Source of the DNA: a virus
Lineage: Duplodnaviria > Caudoviricetes
Virus record (IMG/VR): IMGVR_UViG_3300025120_010366
Span: 1-51,605 of that record
Strand: one strand, 5' to 3'
DNA: 51,605 nucleotides
Under the pieces are notes generated by a model that was given only the letters and a program-made list of their open reading frames with translations, did no database searches and was not told where the DNA came from. Below, piece by piece: positions 9,748-18,982 of this stretch. Within the stretch, counting starts at the first letter, position 1. Each line of letters opens with the position of its first letter. A program made the position numbers and the translations under genes.

Positions 9748-9978
9748 TCAAGTCTTTTTCTTTCTTTTGCCTTCTAAAAGAATTTGTTTTGGGGTCTTTG
9801 CACCAGGAGAAAGTTTTGTAATTCTACAAGTAAAAAGTTTCTTTTTGCCTTTTGAAGTAACAATTACAGGCTGTCCGTGCTCGTCTGTTTCAATGTTTAG
9901 CACTGTGGCTAGAACATTTCTAAATCTTCCAACTTCTATTTTATCGCCTCTCTTGATGTCTACAGTATATGATTTCAT
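9748..9978 (-). CDS. Small basic hypothetical protein
   Basis: 76-aa ORF in operon context. Confidence 0.65.
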   Translation of the reverse strand: MKSYTVDIKRGDKIEVGRFRNVLATVLNIETDEHGQPVIVTSKGKKKLFTCRITKLSPGAKTPKQILLEGKRKKKT

Positions 9979-10048
9979 CTTCTTGGTCCTATATATCCTG
10001 TTAATAAAACTAGTAATGTGAACACTGTGGCAAATACAATTAACTCCA

Positions 10049-10636
10049 TTAATTTACGAAAGCATTAAAACTAATGCTAATCCTTTCATTGTCTGATAGT
10101 TGTTGTTCAACAGAATGTTCAACATAACTTGGAAATAGATACAGTCTGCCAGTTTTGGGTTTGAAACTGTGTGTTCTGTTTGTGAGATCACTCATCATTG
10201 CTGGTGCTTTCCAGGGCCAATTACTTATTTTGTTCTGGTCATGAAAAGTAATTCTTGCATCATTCTCCTCTGCTTGTACATAATAGATTCCGCTTATTGT
10301 GTCTGGAATATGATTGTGTGGACCATGACTGCTGTATTTTCTATTGTTGTTAAACCAACTGCCGGTCATATTACAATATCCTTCCAATCCTAAATCTTTT
10401 ACTGCGTCAACTATATTGCCCATAATAAAATTTTTCATTTCTGCACACTCATCATAATCTAGTATGTTAGTGATTGGACCATAACTGGTGTAACCTTCTT
10501 TGGTGTACGTCATGTCTTTATTTGGATTATTCTTTTCAATGTTTTTAAACAACGGAACAATTTTTTCTCTAAATGTTTCTGCTTCACTGTATGTGAACTC
10601 CCATATGGGGACAGAAAATATGTCATGTCGTTTCAT
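10049..10636 (-). CDS. 2OG-Fe(II) oxygenase (TIGR02466-like)
   Basis: SWFN, HNH, ISGIYY, LFPSYVEH, RISISFN. Confidence 0.85.
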   Translation of the reverse strand: MKRHDIFSVPIWEFTYSEAETFREKIVPLFKNIEKNNPNKDMTYTKEGYTSYGPITNILDYDECAEMKNFIMGNIVDAVKDLGLEGYCNMTGSWFNNNRKYSSHGPHNHIPDTISGIYYVQAEENDARITFHDQNKISNWPWKAPAMMSDLTNRTHSFKPKTGRLYLFPSYVEHSVEQQLSDNERISISFNAFVN

Positions 10637-10848
10637 TTTAATCTCTTTGTTCTTTCGTGTAGATATTCTGCTACCTTATAAATTCTATGTAGATTGGTTA
10701 CACTGTCTTTCCAATGTTTTGCCATCAGTGGTTGTGCCAGTCTTCTAACGGCTTTGTCGTGTTTGGAAGTTTTAACACCAAGTTCATAGACTGCTCCACC
10801 GGAAGTCTTTGCCTCTATTTCAAATTGATCTAATTCTTTCTTACCCAT
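10633..10848 (-). CDS. Hypothetical protein
   Basis: Overlapping operon junctions. Confidence 0.65.
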   Translation of the reverse strand: MGKKELDQFEIEAKTSGGAVYELGVKTSKHDKAVRRLAQPLMAKHWKDSVTNLHRIYKVAEYLHERTKRLK

Positions 10849-10969
10849 AACTTGCTTTAATCACAAAAATTATTGCTGAAACAAATAGAATAATCAATAC
10901 ATGATTTCCTAAATTCCATGCACTCTTTCCCACTGTATGTGGATTCTTTGGATCAATAATCTTATTCAT
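10841..10969 (-). CDS. Small single-TM protein
   Basis: GGAGG SD before MNKIIDPKNPHTVG; hydrophobic C-terminus. Confidence 0.65.
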   Translation of the reverse strand: MNKIIDPKNPHTVGKSAWNLGNHVLIILFVSAIIFVIKASYG

Positions 10970-11369
10970 GTTCACCTCCTGGATCATCTGGATCGAATTC
11001 AACTCTTGTACCATCAATGCCAATCATTCCTCCTCTTGCTCTGCCACCCGAATGATAGCCATCAAATCTATAATCAATATATCTTTTACTTGCTCCATGG
11101 AATTGTTTGAATGTAACATATGACGCAAATATTATCGCAATGTGACCACCAAACCAACCTAACCATATATCAACTCTCATCATTCCCCATATGTAAATGG
11201 TAAAGGCAGTGGACCAAATAAAACTTAAAGTAACAAGTAATTGTAATCTAACTGTTTTAGGCAATGCTCTAAGGTCATTTCTAGAATCGTTGAACAGGAC
11301 CGTGGCAACATCTATTGCCCAGTTACGCAATCTATTACACCAACCACACTGACTAGAACTATAATTCAT
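10962..11369 (-). CDS. Membrane protein
   Basis: Two hydrophobic segments; ends DPDDPGGEHE; start at 11369 is adjacent to the upstream stop. Confidence 0.65.
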   Translation of the reverse strand: MNYSSSQCGWCNRLRNWAIDVATVLFNDSRNDLRALPKTVRLQLLVTLSFIWSTAFTIYIWGMMRVDIWLGWFGGHIAIIFASYVTFKQFHGASKRYIDYRFDGYHSGGRARGGMIGIDGTRVEFDPDDPGGEHE

Positions 11370-11370
11370 A

Positions 11371-11562
11371 TCATCTAAAAAATTTCTTGAACTTGTCAAT
11401 ACTGTTTGATAACGGTCCATACACCCTTTCTATAAAATCAATATGTTTGGATAGACGCTTGTCCAAATCATCAATCTTATTGTTGAGTTGTTTCATCTCT
11501 TTCAAGAAAACTTTCTTGTTGTCCGCCATTGCTTTCTTTATTATGTCTACTTCTTTAGTCAT
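11371..11562 (-). CDS. Small coiled-coil hypothetical protein
   Basis: Heptad-like LNNKIDDLDKRL. Confidence 0.65.
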   Translation of the reverse strand: MTKEVDIIKKAMADNKKVFLKEMKQLNNKIDDLDKRLSKHIDFIERVYGPLSNSIDKFKKFFR

Positions 11563-11719
11563 TTTTAATATTCTTCACTAATTTTAAATGTTCTAATAGT
11601 TTTAATTTTTTTTGTTCTTTAATCAATTGGTTTTGAATTTTAGTCTGTGCTTCTAGTAAGCCAGTCACTTTACCTAATTGAGCCATATGATCGTATGCAT
11701 TGTATTTCTTTTTAGCCAT
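11555..11719 (-). CDS. Small hypothetical protein (54 aa, not in ORF track)
   Basis: MAKKKYNAYDHMAQLGKVTGLLEAQ... fills the gap between flanking genes. Confidence 0.6.
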   Translation of the reverse strand: MAKKKYNAYDHMAQLGKVTGLLEAQTKIQNQLIKEQKKLKLLEHLKLVKNIKND

Positions 11720-11724
11720 CTATA

Positions 11725-12042
11725 TTACCACTGGTCCTTAAAATCATTATACAAAGAATATTTTGCAGTCAGTTCGTCGCCTGCCTTAATAGGCTTTGTT
11801 GTTACTAGATATTTTACTGGCAGTTGATGCCAGAAGCCTGCAAGATTCTTACAATTAGGGTTATCTGAATGATTGTAAAATGCACCTAAGGCAGTTCTAA
11901 TTGCTCCATGCGAAAAATTTTTATTCATAATATGCACAATGCCTAGTACTACGTCTTGATCAAAATCTTTTGTAGCAAATAACCCCAAGCCTTGTACACT
12001 TGACTCTTTTATTGTTATGCCGTCTGGTAATGGTTTATACAT
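11725..12042 (-). CDS. Minimal SET-domain lysine methyltransferase
   Basis: GLGLFA, YNHSDNPNC, IKAGDELTAKY SET motifs. Confidence 0.85.
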   Translation of the reverse strand: MYKPLPDGITIKESSVQGLGLFATKDFDQDVVLGIVHIMNKNFSHGAIRTALGAFYNHSDNPNCKNLAGFWHQLPVKYLVTTKPIKAGDELTAKYSLYNDFKDQW

Positions 12043-12235
12043 CTTTAATCTTTCTAATCATTGTGGCTTTTTTTGGATACAGTTGATTCTTAATATGTTC
12101 TTCATCAAATCCACTCATTCGTTTTATTTTGCCATTTACTTTTACAGAGTAAATGTATGGAGGTCCGTTCCAAGGTTCTAATCTTATATTTTCATATCCT
12201 ACTGCAATCACTTTAGATTTTTTCACCAATTTCAA
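12035..12235 (-). CDS. Hypothetical protein
   Basis: ORF bridging the ligase and SET genes. Confidence 0.55.
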   Translation of the reverse strand: MKLVKKSKVIAVGYENIRLEPWNGPPYIYSVKVNGKIKRMSGFDEEHIKNQLYPKKATMIRKIKDV

Positions 12236-13547
12236 ATCCTCTGAATCTCATAAATCTTGGAAATCTTAATGAGTATTCTTGTTCGCTATCCTGATTCTTT
12301 GTGACAGCGTCTGCTCTCACTTCTACGATTTGACCTACTAATTGTTCTTTGTTTTTCCAAAACTGATCTCTATTATCATCTGATAACCCAGAACCTACAT
12401 TTGTTTTAATTAATTTGCCATCATCTAAACCTTCACAAATCAATGCACCCAATTTGCCTACATTTCTTCCTGTGCCTTCTTCTGTGGCTTTAATTTCTAA
12501 ACTTACTTCTATAAATGGCTTTAATTTTAACCAAGCATGACTTCTTTTGCATTGATACGAAGCATCAATATCTTTAATCATAATACCTTCATAACCTCCC
12601 TGTACGGCCCTCTTATTCACCTCTGTGTAAGTCTTTTGACCTTCGGGTGTGTCTAAGTCCACAATTTCATGGTCCAGCACTGTAACGGCGTCTAAATTGG
12701 TTTTGTGTTGTTCATACCAGGCTTTTAACATTTGAGTTCTCAACGTCTGTGTTTTGTCCCAAGCACCTTTTTTAAAATCTTCTAATGGTAAAAAGTCAAA
12801 CAAATGAAGCACTGCATCTTTGGCTGTACCTCCGCTCTTTCTATGTACCTGTTTCATCAAGTCTTGAAAGTTTTCACTCATCACTTCACCATCTAATACA
12901 ACTGGGTATGGTGGTGGACTGGATTTAACAACATCACTAATTTGTGTTTGTATGTGTCCAAAGTTAGTAAACTCTTTTCCATTACGACTGAACATATCCA
13001 CTTTACCATCTGGATAAACAATAGTAACCACTCTAACTCCGTCTAATTTTACTTCCAACATCTTCTTACCCACCAACTTCTTTTCATGGTTTGTACTGTC
13101 ATGGGCAAGTTGGCAAGTAAACACGGGCACCATGTACTTGCCAAACTTATTCTTTTTAGCCACAGAGTTTACAGTTTTTTCTGAAACTCCACATCTTAAA
13201 TCTTTTATTAATATTCTTCTATAAAAACCATTCCATTGTTCTGCTGTCGCCGAACTCATTACAAGTTCAATGGCATCTCTTGCCGCATGACCCGTAAGTT
13301 CTCTTGCGTGTAATCTTTCTGCTAGTTCTTTGAATACTTCCCATTTACAACCTTGTGCAGAAATAACTTCATCTTTTGTAGGCACTTGTTTAACGCCAAA
13401 AGTATAAAGTTTATCCAAACACATCTTCAAACCTTCAAAGAATTCATCCAGTCCTTCGTTCATTGCTTCTAGCAATATCTTTTCTTTTGCTAACCTGCTA
13501 TTGTCTGCTTCTAGTTTAGCAATAATTTCTTGCGGTTGTGTTCTCAT
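12213..13547 (-). CDS. lig: ATP-dependent DNA ligase
   Basis: KLDG (motif I), LDGE, EGIMIK, WLKLK, SLRFPRF; start at 13547 sits 7 nt after TTGACT-17-TAAAAT. Confidence 0.95.
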   Translation of the reverse strand: MRTQPQEIIAKLEADNSRLAKEKILLEAMNEGLDEFFEGLKMCLDKLYTFGVKQVPTKDEVISAQGCKWEVFKELAERLHARELTGHAARDAIELVMSSATAEQWNGFYRRILIKDLRCGVSEKTVNSVAKKNKFGKYMVPVFTCQLAHDSTNHEKKLVGKKMLEVKLDGVRVVTIVYPDGKVDMFSRNGKEFTNFGHIQTQISDVVKSSPPPYPVVLDGEVMSENFQDLMKQVHRKSGGTAKDAVLHLFDFLPLEDFKKGAWDKTQTLRTQMLKAWYEQHKTNLDAVTVLDHEIVDLDTPEGQKTYTEVNKRAVQGGYEGIMIKDIDASYQCKRSHAWLKLKPFIEVSLEIKATEEGTGRNVGKLGALICEGLDDGKLIKTNVGSGLSDDNRDQFWKNKEQLVGQIVEVRADAVTKNQDSEQEYSLRFPRFMRFRGFEIGEKI

Positions 13548-13586
13548 TGTACTAATTTTATTATCTTTTGGCATCAAAGTCAACTC

Positions 13587-14591
13587 CTATACTGGTTTTA
13601 ATACTGTTTGTTTTGCCATATCTTTCCAATTTTCTGGAAAGGCTTTTGCCAAATCAGCAATTTTAAGCACAGTTCTAAGACTGATTTCTCTCAATTGTCT
13701 TTTGTTTTCATCTACAAATGATACAATAGAATCTTCTGTATCTTTTGGTAGTGAATATGTTTTTAGCATACCATCTGTGACAATCTGCTTAATTCTTAAT
13801 ATCTTCTCTCTGATAGTATCAATTGTAAGATCAATATAATGACATCTACTTTCCAATGCTTCTAAATGATCTCTTAATTTCTTACTCTTTACATTATCAA
13901 ATTTAATGTTTGTAATAAAAATAACTGACCCAGCAAAGTTAAAAGTATCAGGCACACCTTCTCTTCTCAACATATGCGAGTCTGTGTTCCAACATATTTT
14001 TCTAGTCTTCTTAGAATCCAATGCCGCCTTCAATATGTTTAAACTTAAATCATCTAACAATATAGAATCACAGTCATCAAACACCAACACATTGTCAGCA
14101 TCAGAAAAGTTATACAATTTACAATATAATCCTATAGGACTCATTGCACCTTTTACAACTTCATATTTGGGTCTTGTGTTACCTAGTGTACTCACAACTC
14201 CATATCTGTCAAGCACTTGCTCAACACCAAATGATTTACCAACACCTGGAGGGCCACTAACTATCATTGCTCTCACGTCGCCTTTTTTAGTGGCTTTAGT
14301 CATGTCTGTTAAAATATCAAATCGTTGTCTCATTCTTTCAACAGTTTCTGCATCTGATTCTTCTTTAGGTTGTTCAGGAGCAGAGTCTCTTAATTGATTC
14401 TCATTCTCTACATTAATTCTAATTTGTTTTTTAGTAGCACCTGGATATTTTGCCAGGTCTTCTATTTTAACTGTAATGAATCCACCTTCTTTGTGAGGGT
14501 GTGGTTGATAACCTTTTACAAGTTGGAAAGTTTGATTTTCTACTGAAGTTTTTCTGTAAGTGCCTTCTAGTACGTATATTGTGTTTTTCAT
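13587..14591 (-). CDS. AAA+/P-loop ATPase
   Basis: Walker A GPPGVGKS, Walker B LVFDDCD, sensor FITN, SRC. Confidence 0.85.
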   Translation of the reverse strand: MKNTIYVLEGTYRKTSVENQTFQLVKGYQPHPHKEGGFITVKIEDLAKYPGATKKQIRINVENENQLRDSAPEQPKEESDAETVERMRQRFDILTDMTKATKKGDVRAMIVSGPPGVGKSFGVEQVLDRYGVVSTLGNTRPKYEVVKGAMSPIGLYCKLYNFSDADNVLVFDDCDSILLDDLSLNILKAALDSKKTRKICWNTDSHMLRREGVPDTFNFAGSVIFITNIKFDNVKSKKLRDHLEALESRCHYIDLTIDTIREKILRIKQIVTDGMLKTYSLPKDTEDSIVSFVDENKRQLREISLRTVLKIADLAKAFPENWKDMAKQTVLKPV

Positions 14592-14634
14592 ATGTGCCCT
14601 TTATGTTGCCTTAATTAATTTGCCTTATTTTATT

Positions 14635-14663
14635 ATTATAGTTTCTAATGACCAAAAAGTCAA
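14635..14663 (-). promoter_or_regulatory. Early sigma70-type promoter
   Basis: TTGACT-ttttggtcattagaaac-TATAAT. Confidence 0.8.
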
Positions 14664-14667
14664 CCAA

Positions 14668-15126
14668 TTAGTCTGCTCTACTTTCGCTCATTACATTCAA
14701 ACCATACTGTTCTTCTAATACCTTTGCAAAGGCATCACAAGCCACTTCTTTAATGTCTAAAGATTGACATCTTCTGTACTGATGATTCTCTGGCATAATA
14801 TCGTAGTAGGATACTCTCCAACCACCTCTATAACCATTGCTACCAATACCTTGTTTCTTTAACCAACCAACAAATTTACCTTGTGCAGGTCTTATTGAGA
14901 TATTAGCAAATCCACAATACATAGGTTCTTCTTTACCTTCCATATATGTGTCCACGGCATCAACAGCCGCCTCTTTGGCTACTCCCCACATTGTCATTGG
15001 TTCTACTTTTGCGTTTACAAATTTAACTACTTGTTTTACATCTTCTTTTATCATCTTTTTTTCTCCTGTTATTTTTTTAAAGTGTTTGTACATTTTGTCC
15101 ATTTGTTCGTCTATCAGTTTGCTCAT
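14668..15126 (-). CDS. Hypothetical early protein
   Basis: CGFA...QSLDIKE..AFAKVL...SRAD; TAATG overlap start. Confidence 0.7.
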   Translation of the reverse strand: MSKLIDEQMDKMYKHFKKITGEKKMIKEDVKQVVKFVNAKVEPMTMWGVAKEAAVDAVDTYMEGKEEPMYCGFANISIRPAQGKFVGWLKKQGIGSNGYRGGWRVSYYDIMPENHQYRRCQSLDIKEVACDAFAKVLEEQYGLNVMSESRAD

Positions 15127-15506
15127 TAAACCATCAATTGTTTTTGACCATTCATATAACAAGCACCTGTCCATTTAACAATGTACTCACCAAAAATGTT
15201 ACCTCTTGGAGCATTCAGAGCCGGTATTGCCCAACTTGCCGCTTTTAGGATATCACCTTTTTTAAACTCTACACCTTTAGAAGATACAAAGTCTTTACTT
15301 GCTATAAACGAATGAACTGATCTACCACTACCATGATTACCAGTCATTACTTTAATATATTTCTTGCCCGGTTTTACTGTGATACTTTCACAGAACTCTT
15401 TAACCATATTGTCTCTAACAGTTCTTTCTGTTTCTGTTTTTGGATTGTTCCAACCAACATAATCTTTTTTAATGTTTTCTATGTATGTGTCTATTTGTGT
15501 TTGCAT
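15126..15506 (-). CDS. Hypothetical early protein
   Basis: GKKYIKV..SVHSFI..GDILKAASW.PA.N.PRGNI motif. Confidence 0.75.
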   Translation of the reverse strand: MQTQIDTYIENIKKDYVGWNNPKTETERTVRDNMVKEFCESITVKPGKKYIKVMTGNHGSGRSVHSFIASKDFVSSKGVEFKKGDILKAASWAIPALNAPRGNIFGEYIVKWTGACYMNGQKQLMV

Positions 15507-15540
15507 TTGTGCCTCTCTGTTGTTGCCTTGTTATAATATT

Positions 15541-15570
15541 ATTATACAGTCTGAACTACCAAAAAGTCAA
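15541..15570 (-). promoter_or_regulatory. Early sigma70-type promoter
   Basis: TTGACT-ttttggtagttcagactg-TATAAT. Confidence 0.78.
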
Positions 15571-15598
15571 CCAAAAATGTGATTAAAGAAGTCCCAGT

Positions 15599-16069
15599 CT
15601 ATGCGGGTTTTTTGTCTGTGGGCAACTTTTTTGTGCCCAAATAGTCCTTTTCACCATAGGTTTTTGCCATATGACACAGAACGCACAGGGTTTGAATGTT
15701 GCTTTTGGAGTCATCTCCGCCCCTACTTTTAAGATGTATATGGTCACCATGCATTACACCACGCATGGCTCTTAACTTGTGATATTCATCATCAATGTAT
15801 CCAAATCTTAATTCGTCTGTTCTAGGATCATAGCCACATTTAACACAATCCCAACCTCTGTAGAACGTGTGTGGTCTTTCTGCTTTACCCATGCCACCAT
15901 ATTCTACACATTCCAATTGATGTTCTCTACACAATGTTTGACTGCCTGGCCCTTCATACATACTCAACTTGTTGTCACAGTCTTGCAACATACAGGTGTT
16001 TCCTTTAAGTTGTTGTTCTGTTAAGACAGCAGAACTTTTGAACTTGTCTTTGTCTGGATTACGAATCAT
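15599..16069 (-). CDS. HNH endonuclease with Zn-binding cysteines
   Basis: CVKC...GDHIH..SRGG....NIQTLCVLCH; TAATG-coupled to the upstream gene. Confidence 0.82.
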   Translation of the reverse strand: MIRNPDKDKFKSSAVLTEQQLKGNTCMLQDCDNKLSMYEGPGSQTLCREHQLECVEYGGMGKAERPHTFYRGWDCVKCGYDPRTDELRFGYIDDEYHKLRAMRGVMHGDHIHLKSRGGDDSKSNIQTLCVLCHMAKTYGEKDYLGTKKLPTDKKPA

Positions 16070-17196
16070 TACCAAAGATCCGTTTTGTCAACTGCATACA
16101 GATGTTTGTACTTGGGTGTTTTAAGTTTAGTGCTTTTCTTAATTTGTGCAATAAGAAACGGAACACCAAAACGTGGTTCTGTTGTAAAGCCTTTTAAACC
16201 ATTTTCTTCAAACTCTTCTGGATTTGCTTTCTTATACCAAGTTTCATATGACAGTTTTGCCTTGCTCCAGAACGATCCTGTTTCACTCCAATTGGCTTCA
16301 AAGTATTCTTTACAAAATAATGCGAAGTCTAGTAGATACTTGTCATCTATTTTCAACCCATCTTTAAAACAAGCATCAAAGTATTCATAAAGCATTCTTG
16401 CTTCTTTGGCTTGTACTGGACGTTCTTCATTTATATAAACCCAATACTTGGCAAACATACGAGTAACATCAACGTCTTTACGTTTTTCCAACTTCTTGGT
16501 CATAATTGTATCTGCTAACAATGTGAATGCACCTGACTCTCTTTCGTCACCAAACTTTTCGTGTGTAGCAAATAGACCTGCGTCTTTAAGCAAGTCATTA
16601 ATTTTAGCAGTGTCCTGCCAAATTGGATCATCACTGTTATCAATTATGGCGCCGTAAACCATTTGACGATACGTATCGATAAAATCTAACTTTTCTTTAG
16701 CATCACCGTTTAGTAAAATGAAGTTCCTACGAATTTCTAGTTTTTGTTTTACTGGATAAATGTTTACAGGAATCATTGTGTTTGCTTGAAGTTCACCAAA
16801 TACTTTTGTGAGTATAAGGTAGAGTGCAATACTGGTGTGTTGTCCGTCCCAAGCAATATAGTTGTCGCCTTCTTTGTAAACCTGTATAGGCATTACCATA
16901 GTTTGACTGAAATAGTTTAGGATCTTTAACACATGACGCATATTCAATGGACGTTGCATTGTTGAGTCAATTAGTATTTTACTAAAATCTACAGGAATTG
17001 CCTGTACCAATGCCATCTCACTGAATGAAGACCAATTGTCTTTATTACGTCTTTTGAATTCTTCTACAACTGCTTCAAGTTGTGCTTCAAATTTTGGTGC
17101 TAGTTTGAATGCTTCTGTTATACGTGTTTGTAGAGATACGAAATTACTCTCTGTATGATTATATTGTTCATTAACAATATCTGCGTGTTTGCTCAT
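16069..17196 (-). CDS. ParB/Srx-superfamily (DGQH motif) protein
   Basis: MQR...WDGQHT motif in the N-terminal half. Confidence 0.65.
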   Translation of the reverse strand: MSKHADIVNEQYNHTESNFVSLQTRITEAFKLAPKFEAQLEAVVEEFKRRNKDNWSSFSEMALVQAIPVDFSKILIDSTMQRPLNMRHVLKILNYFSQTMVMPIQVYKEGDNYIAWDGQHTSIALYLILTKVFGELQANTMIPVNIYPVKQKLEIRRNFILLNGDAKEKLDFIDTYRQMVYGAIIDNSDDPIWQDTAKINDLLKDAGLFATHEKFGDERESGAFTLLADTIMTKKLEKRKDVDVTRMFAKYWVYINEERPVQAKEARMLYEYFDACFKDGLKIDDKYLLDFALFCKEYFEANWSETGSFWSKAKLSYETWYKKANPEEFEENGLKGFTTEPRFGVPFLIAQIKKSTKLKTPKYKHLYAVDKTDLW

Positions 17197-17247
17197 CTTA
17201 TATCCTCTGTTATCGGCATATCCAGCCTAAGGTTATTTTATTATGTT

Positions 17248-17505
17248 TTACTCGTCGAATGCTTTTGCTTTTGGATCTTTGCTAAATTTACGCCAAACTT
17301 TATGAAGCACATAGAACCACACACCATTTATACTAGGTTCGATTAAAGCCACAACACCTGCTTCGAAAAGACTGGCACCCGTCATTAGACTGACAACTGT
17401 CATTGCAATCACAATATGACCTAAGGTGTAGATGATGGCTAAAGCCAAACTGCTTGTACCTAATAGGTGTAAAGCATTGAAAATTCCTTGTTTAAATTCA
17501 CTCAT
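17248..17505 (-). CDS. Membrane protein (DUF2061-like)
   Basis: IYTLGHIVIA...ALIEP.IN.VWFYVLH. Confidence 0.65.
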   Translation of the reverse strand: MSEFKQGIFNALHLLGTSSLALAIIYTLGHIVIAMTVVSLMTGASLFEAGVVALIEPSINGVWFYVLHKVWRKFSKDPKAKAFDE

Positions 17506-17562
17506 AGATTTTTCATCCTTTTTATTAAATTATACTGCCTAACGTATTGAAAGTCAAGCCAT

Positions 17563-17589
17563 AAAAAAAGGCGACCGAAGCCGCCTTTT
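17563..17589 (-). terminator. Rho-independent terminator
   Basis: AAAAGGCG-GCTTCGGT-CGCCTTTTTTT on the minus strand. Confidence 0.8.
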
Positions 17590-17611
17590 AATCTAGTTAA
17601 AAACTATACAA

Positions 17612-17875
17612 TTATAGTTGTACACCTTTTGCTAATGCTTTGTATCCTAAGCCTACTACCATTCTAGATGCTTTACCTGTTCTGTATACTTTAACACCTG
17701 ATCTTTTGTTAGTGTTTAAGAACACAGGTAAACCTTTGAATCTTAATGCTTGAATTACTGCACCTGGATTACCAGCACCAAATCTATTTTTAATAGCACT
17801 TGATGTTAATGCTTCACCGTTAAGTAAAGCAGTCTCTACTCTTTTTTGTATAGTCATAGTTTTTTTCTTAGCCAT
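17612..17875 (-). CDS. Small basic HTH-like DNA-binding protein
   Basis: ALLNGEALT..IKNRFG..NP...I.LR; AGGAG SD before 17875 (alternative in-frame ATG at 17953). Confidence 0.6.
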   Translation of the reverse strand: MAKKKTMTIQKRVETALLNGEALTSSAIKNRFGAGNPGAVIQALRFKGLPVFLNTNKRSGVKVYRTGKASRMVVGLGYKALAKGVQL

Positions 17876-18016
17876 TGAGCTAACTCCTTTGTTTGTTTTC
17901 AACTGCTCGGTATTCGATACATCTGAAAACATATTTTTTATTATGTCTAACATATTAACATTAATATACATTCTTTTAAGGAAATAGTCAATAAGGTAGG
18001 TTTACCAAATTGTAAA

Positions 18017-18259
18017 CTATCTTCCGCTTTTGCTTACAAACTTCTGCGGACCTTCAGTGACAAACTCCAAACCAACCTGTCTACCGATGTATAAGTTTTT
18101 AGATGAGTTCCATTGCATATTAATTTTGGCAGTTTTCTGTACCACTGCTGTCAGGAATTCATTTTCTCTGAATGATAGAACAGACGCTTCAACTTTTTGT
18201 CCGTTCTTTAAACATTCTATTGTTACTTTGTCATCAAAATGTGTCGTTTCCATCATCAT
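18017..18259 (-). CDS. Hypothetical protein
   Basis: ORF in operon with rpsU. Confidence 0.65.
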   Translation of the reverse strand: MMMETTHFDDKVTIECLKNGQKVEASVLSFRENEFLTAVVQKTAKINMQWNSSKNLYIGRQVGLEFVTEGPQKFVSKSGR

Positions 18260-18461
18260 CCTTGTGTTTGTTTTTTAATTCTCGTGATCGTTTGTAACCT
18301 ATATAATATATAAAATCAAGCCAAACTACATTCAACAAATAGCCTAGTGTGGTCAACTTTAATCCAAAAAGAATTGGCAATATAAAAATTGCTATCCACA
18401 TAACAAATAGATAGTGGCTAACTCTTTTCTTCGGAACCGACCAATACAGCCATCCGTCCAT
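18234..18461 (-). CDS. Small membrane protein
   Basis: Two hydrophobic segments. Confidence 0.6.
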   Translation of the reverse strand: MDGWLYWSVPKKRVSHYLFVMWIAIFILPILFGLKLTTLGYLLNVVWLDFIYYIGYKRSRELKNKHKDDDGNDTF

Positions 18462-18462
18462 A

Positions 18463-18660
18463 CTATAAAAAATTTCTTCTTAATTTTTGTGCTTTTTTAA
18501 GATTGACCATTCTCTCTTTTGCCTTTTCTCTTTTCACTTCGCTAGGCTTTTTATAATACTGTCTATCTTTTAGTTCTTGGAAAACACCTGATGTTTTCAT
18601 TTTCTTCTTCATTAACCTTAATGCTTTTTCTACATTGTTGTTTCTTACTTCTATTTTCAA
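18463..18660 (-). CDS. rpsU: Ribosomal protein bS21
   Basis: IEVRNNNVEKALR.MKKK...ELKDRQYYKKPS.KR; TTG start with AGGAGG SD. Confidence 0.9.
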   Translation of the reverse strand: MKIEVRNNNVEKALRLMKKKMKTSGVFQELKDRQYYKKPSEVKREKAKERMVNLKKAQKLRRNFL

Positions 18661-18769
18661 TTTGCCTCCTATTTCTATTTTTTACCTTCGATTGCTCTAA
18701 ATTAACTAAAATATAACACTAAATGAGCATAAAGTCAACTGGTAATTAAATATATTTGGAGATGTTAAA

Positions 18770-18952
18770 ATGGTTAAAAAGTCTGACAGAGTTATTCGGA
18801 GAGAGCAGAAAAAAGCCAATAAACAGATCAAGAATCAGTCACGCCGTAAACCAAAAAGTGTGATTGAAGAACCGGAAAACGGCACAACAACTTTTCCAAA
18901 ATCCCATATAATCACCCTAGATGATCTGACTAAACCAGATTCAGATAAATAG
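18770..18952 (+). CDS. Small basic hypothetical protein
   Basis: GGAG SD and TAAATA upstream. Confidence 0.6.
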   Translation: MVKKSDRVIRREQKKANKQIKNQSRRKPKSVIEEPENGTTTFPKSHIITLDDLTKPDSDK

Positions 18953-18982
18953 CACTTTTGATTACTAACAAATAGACATCTA

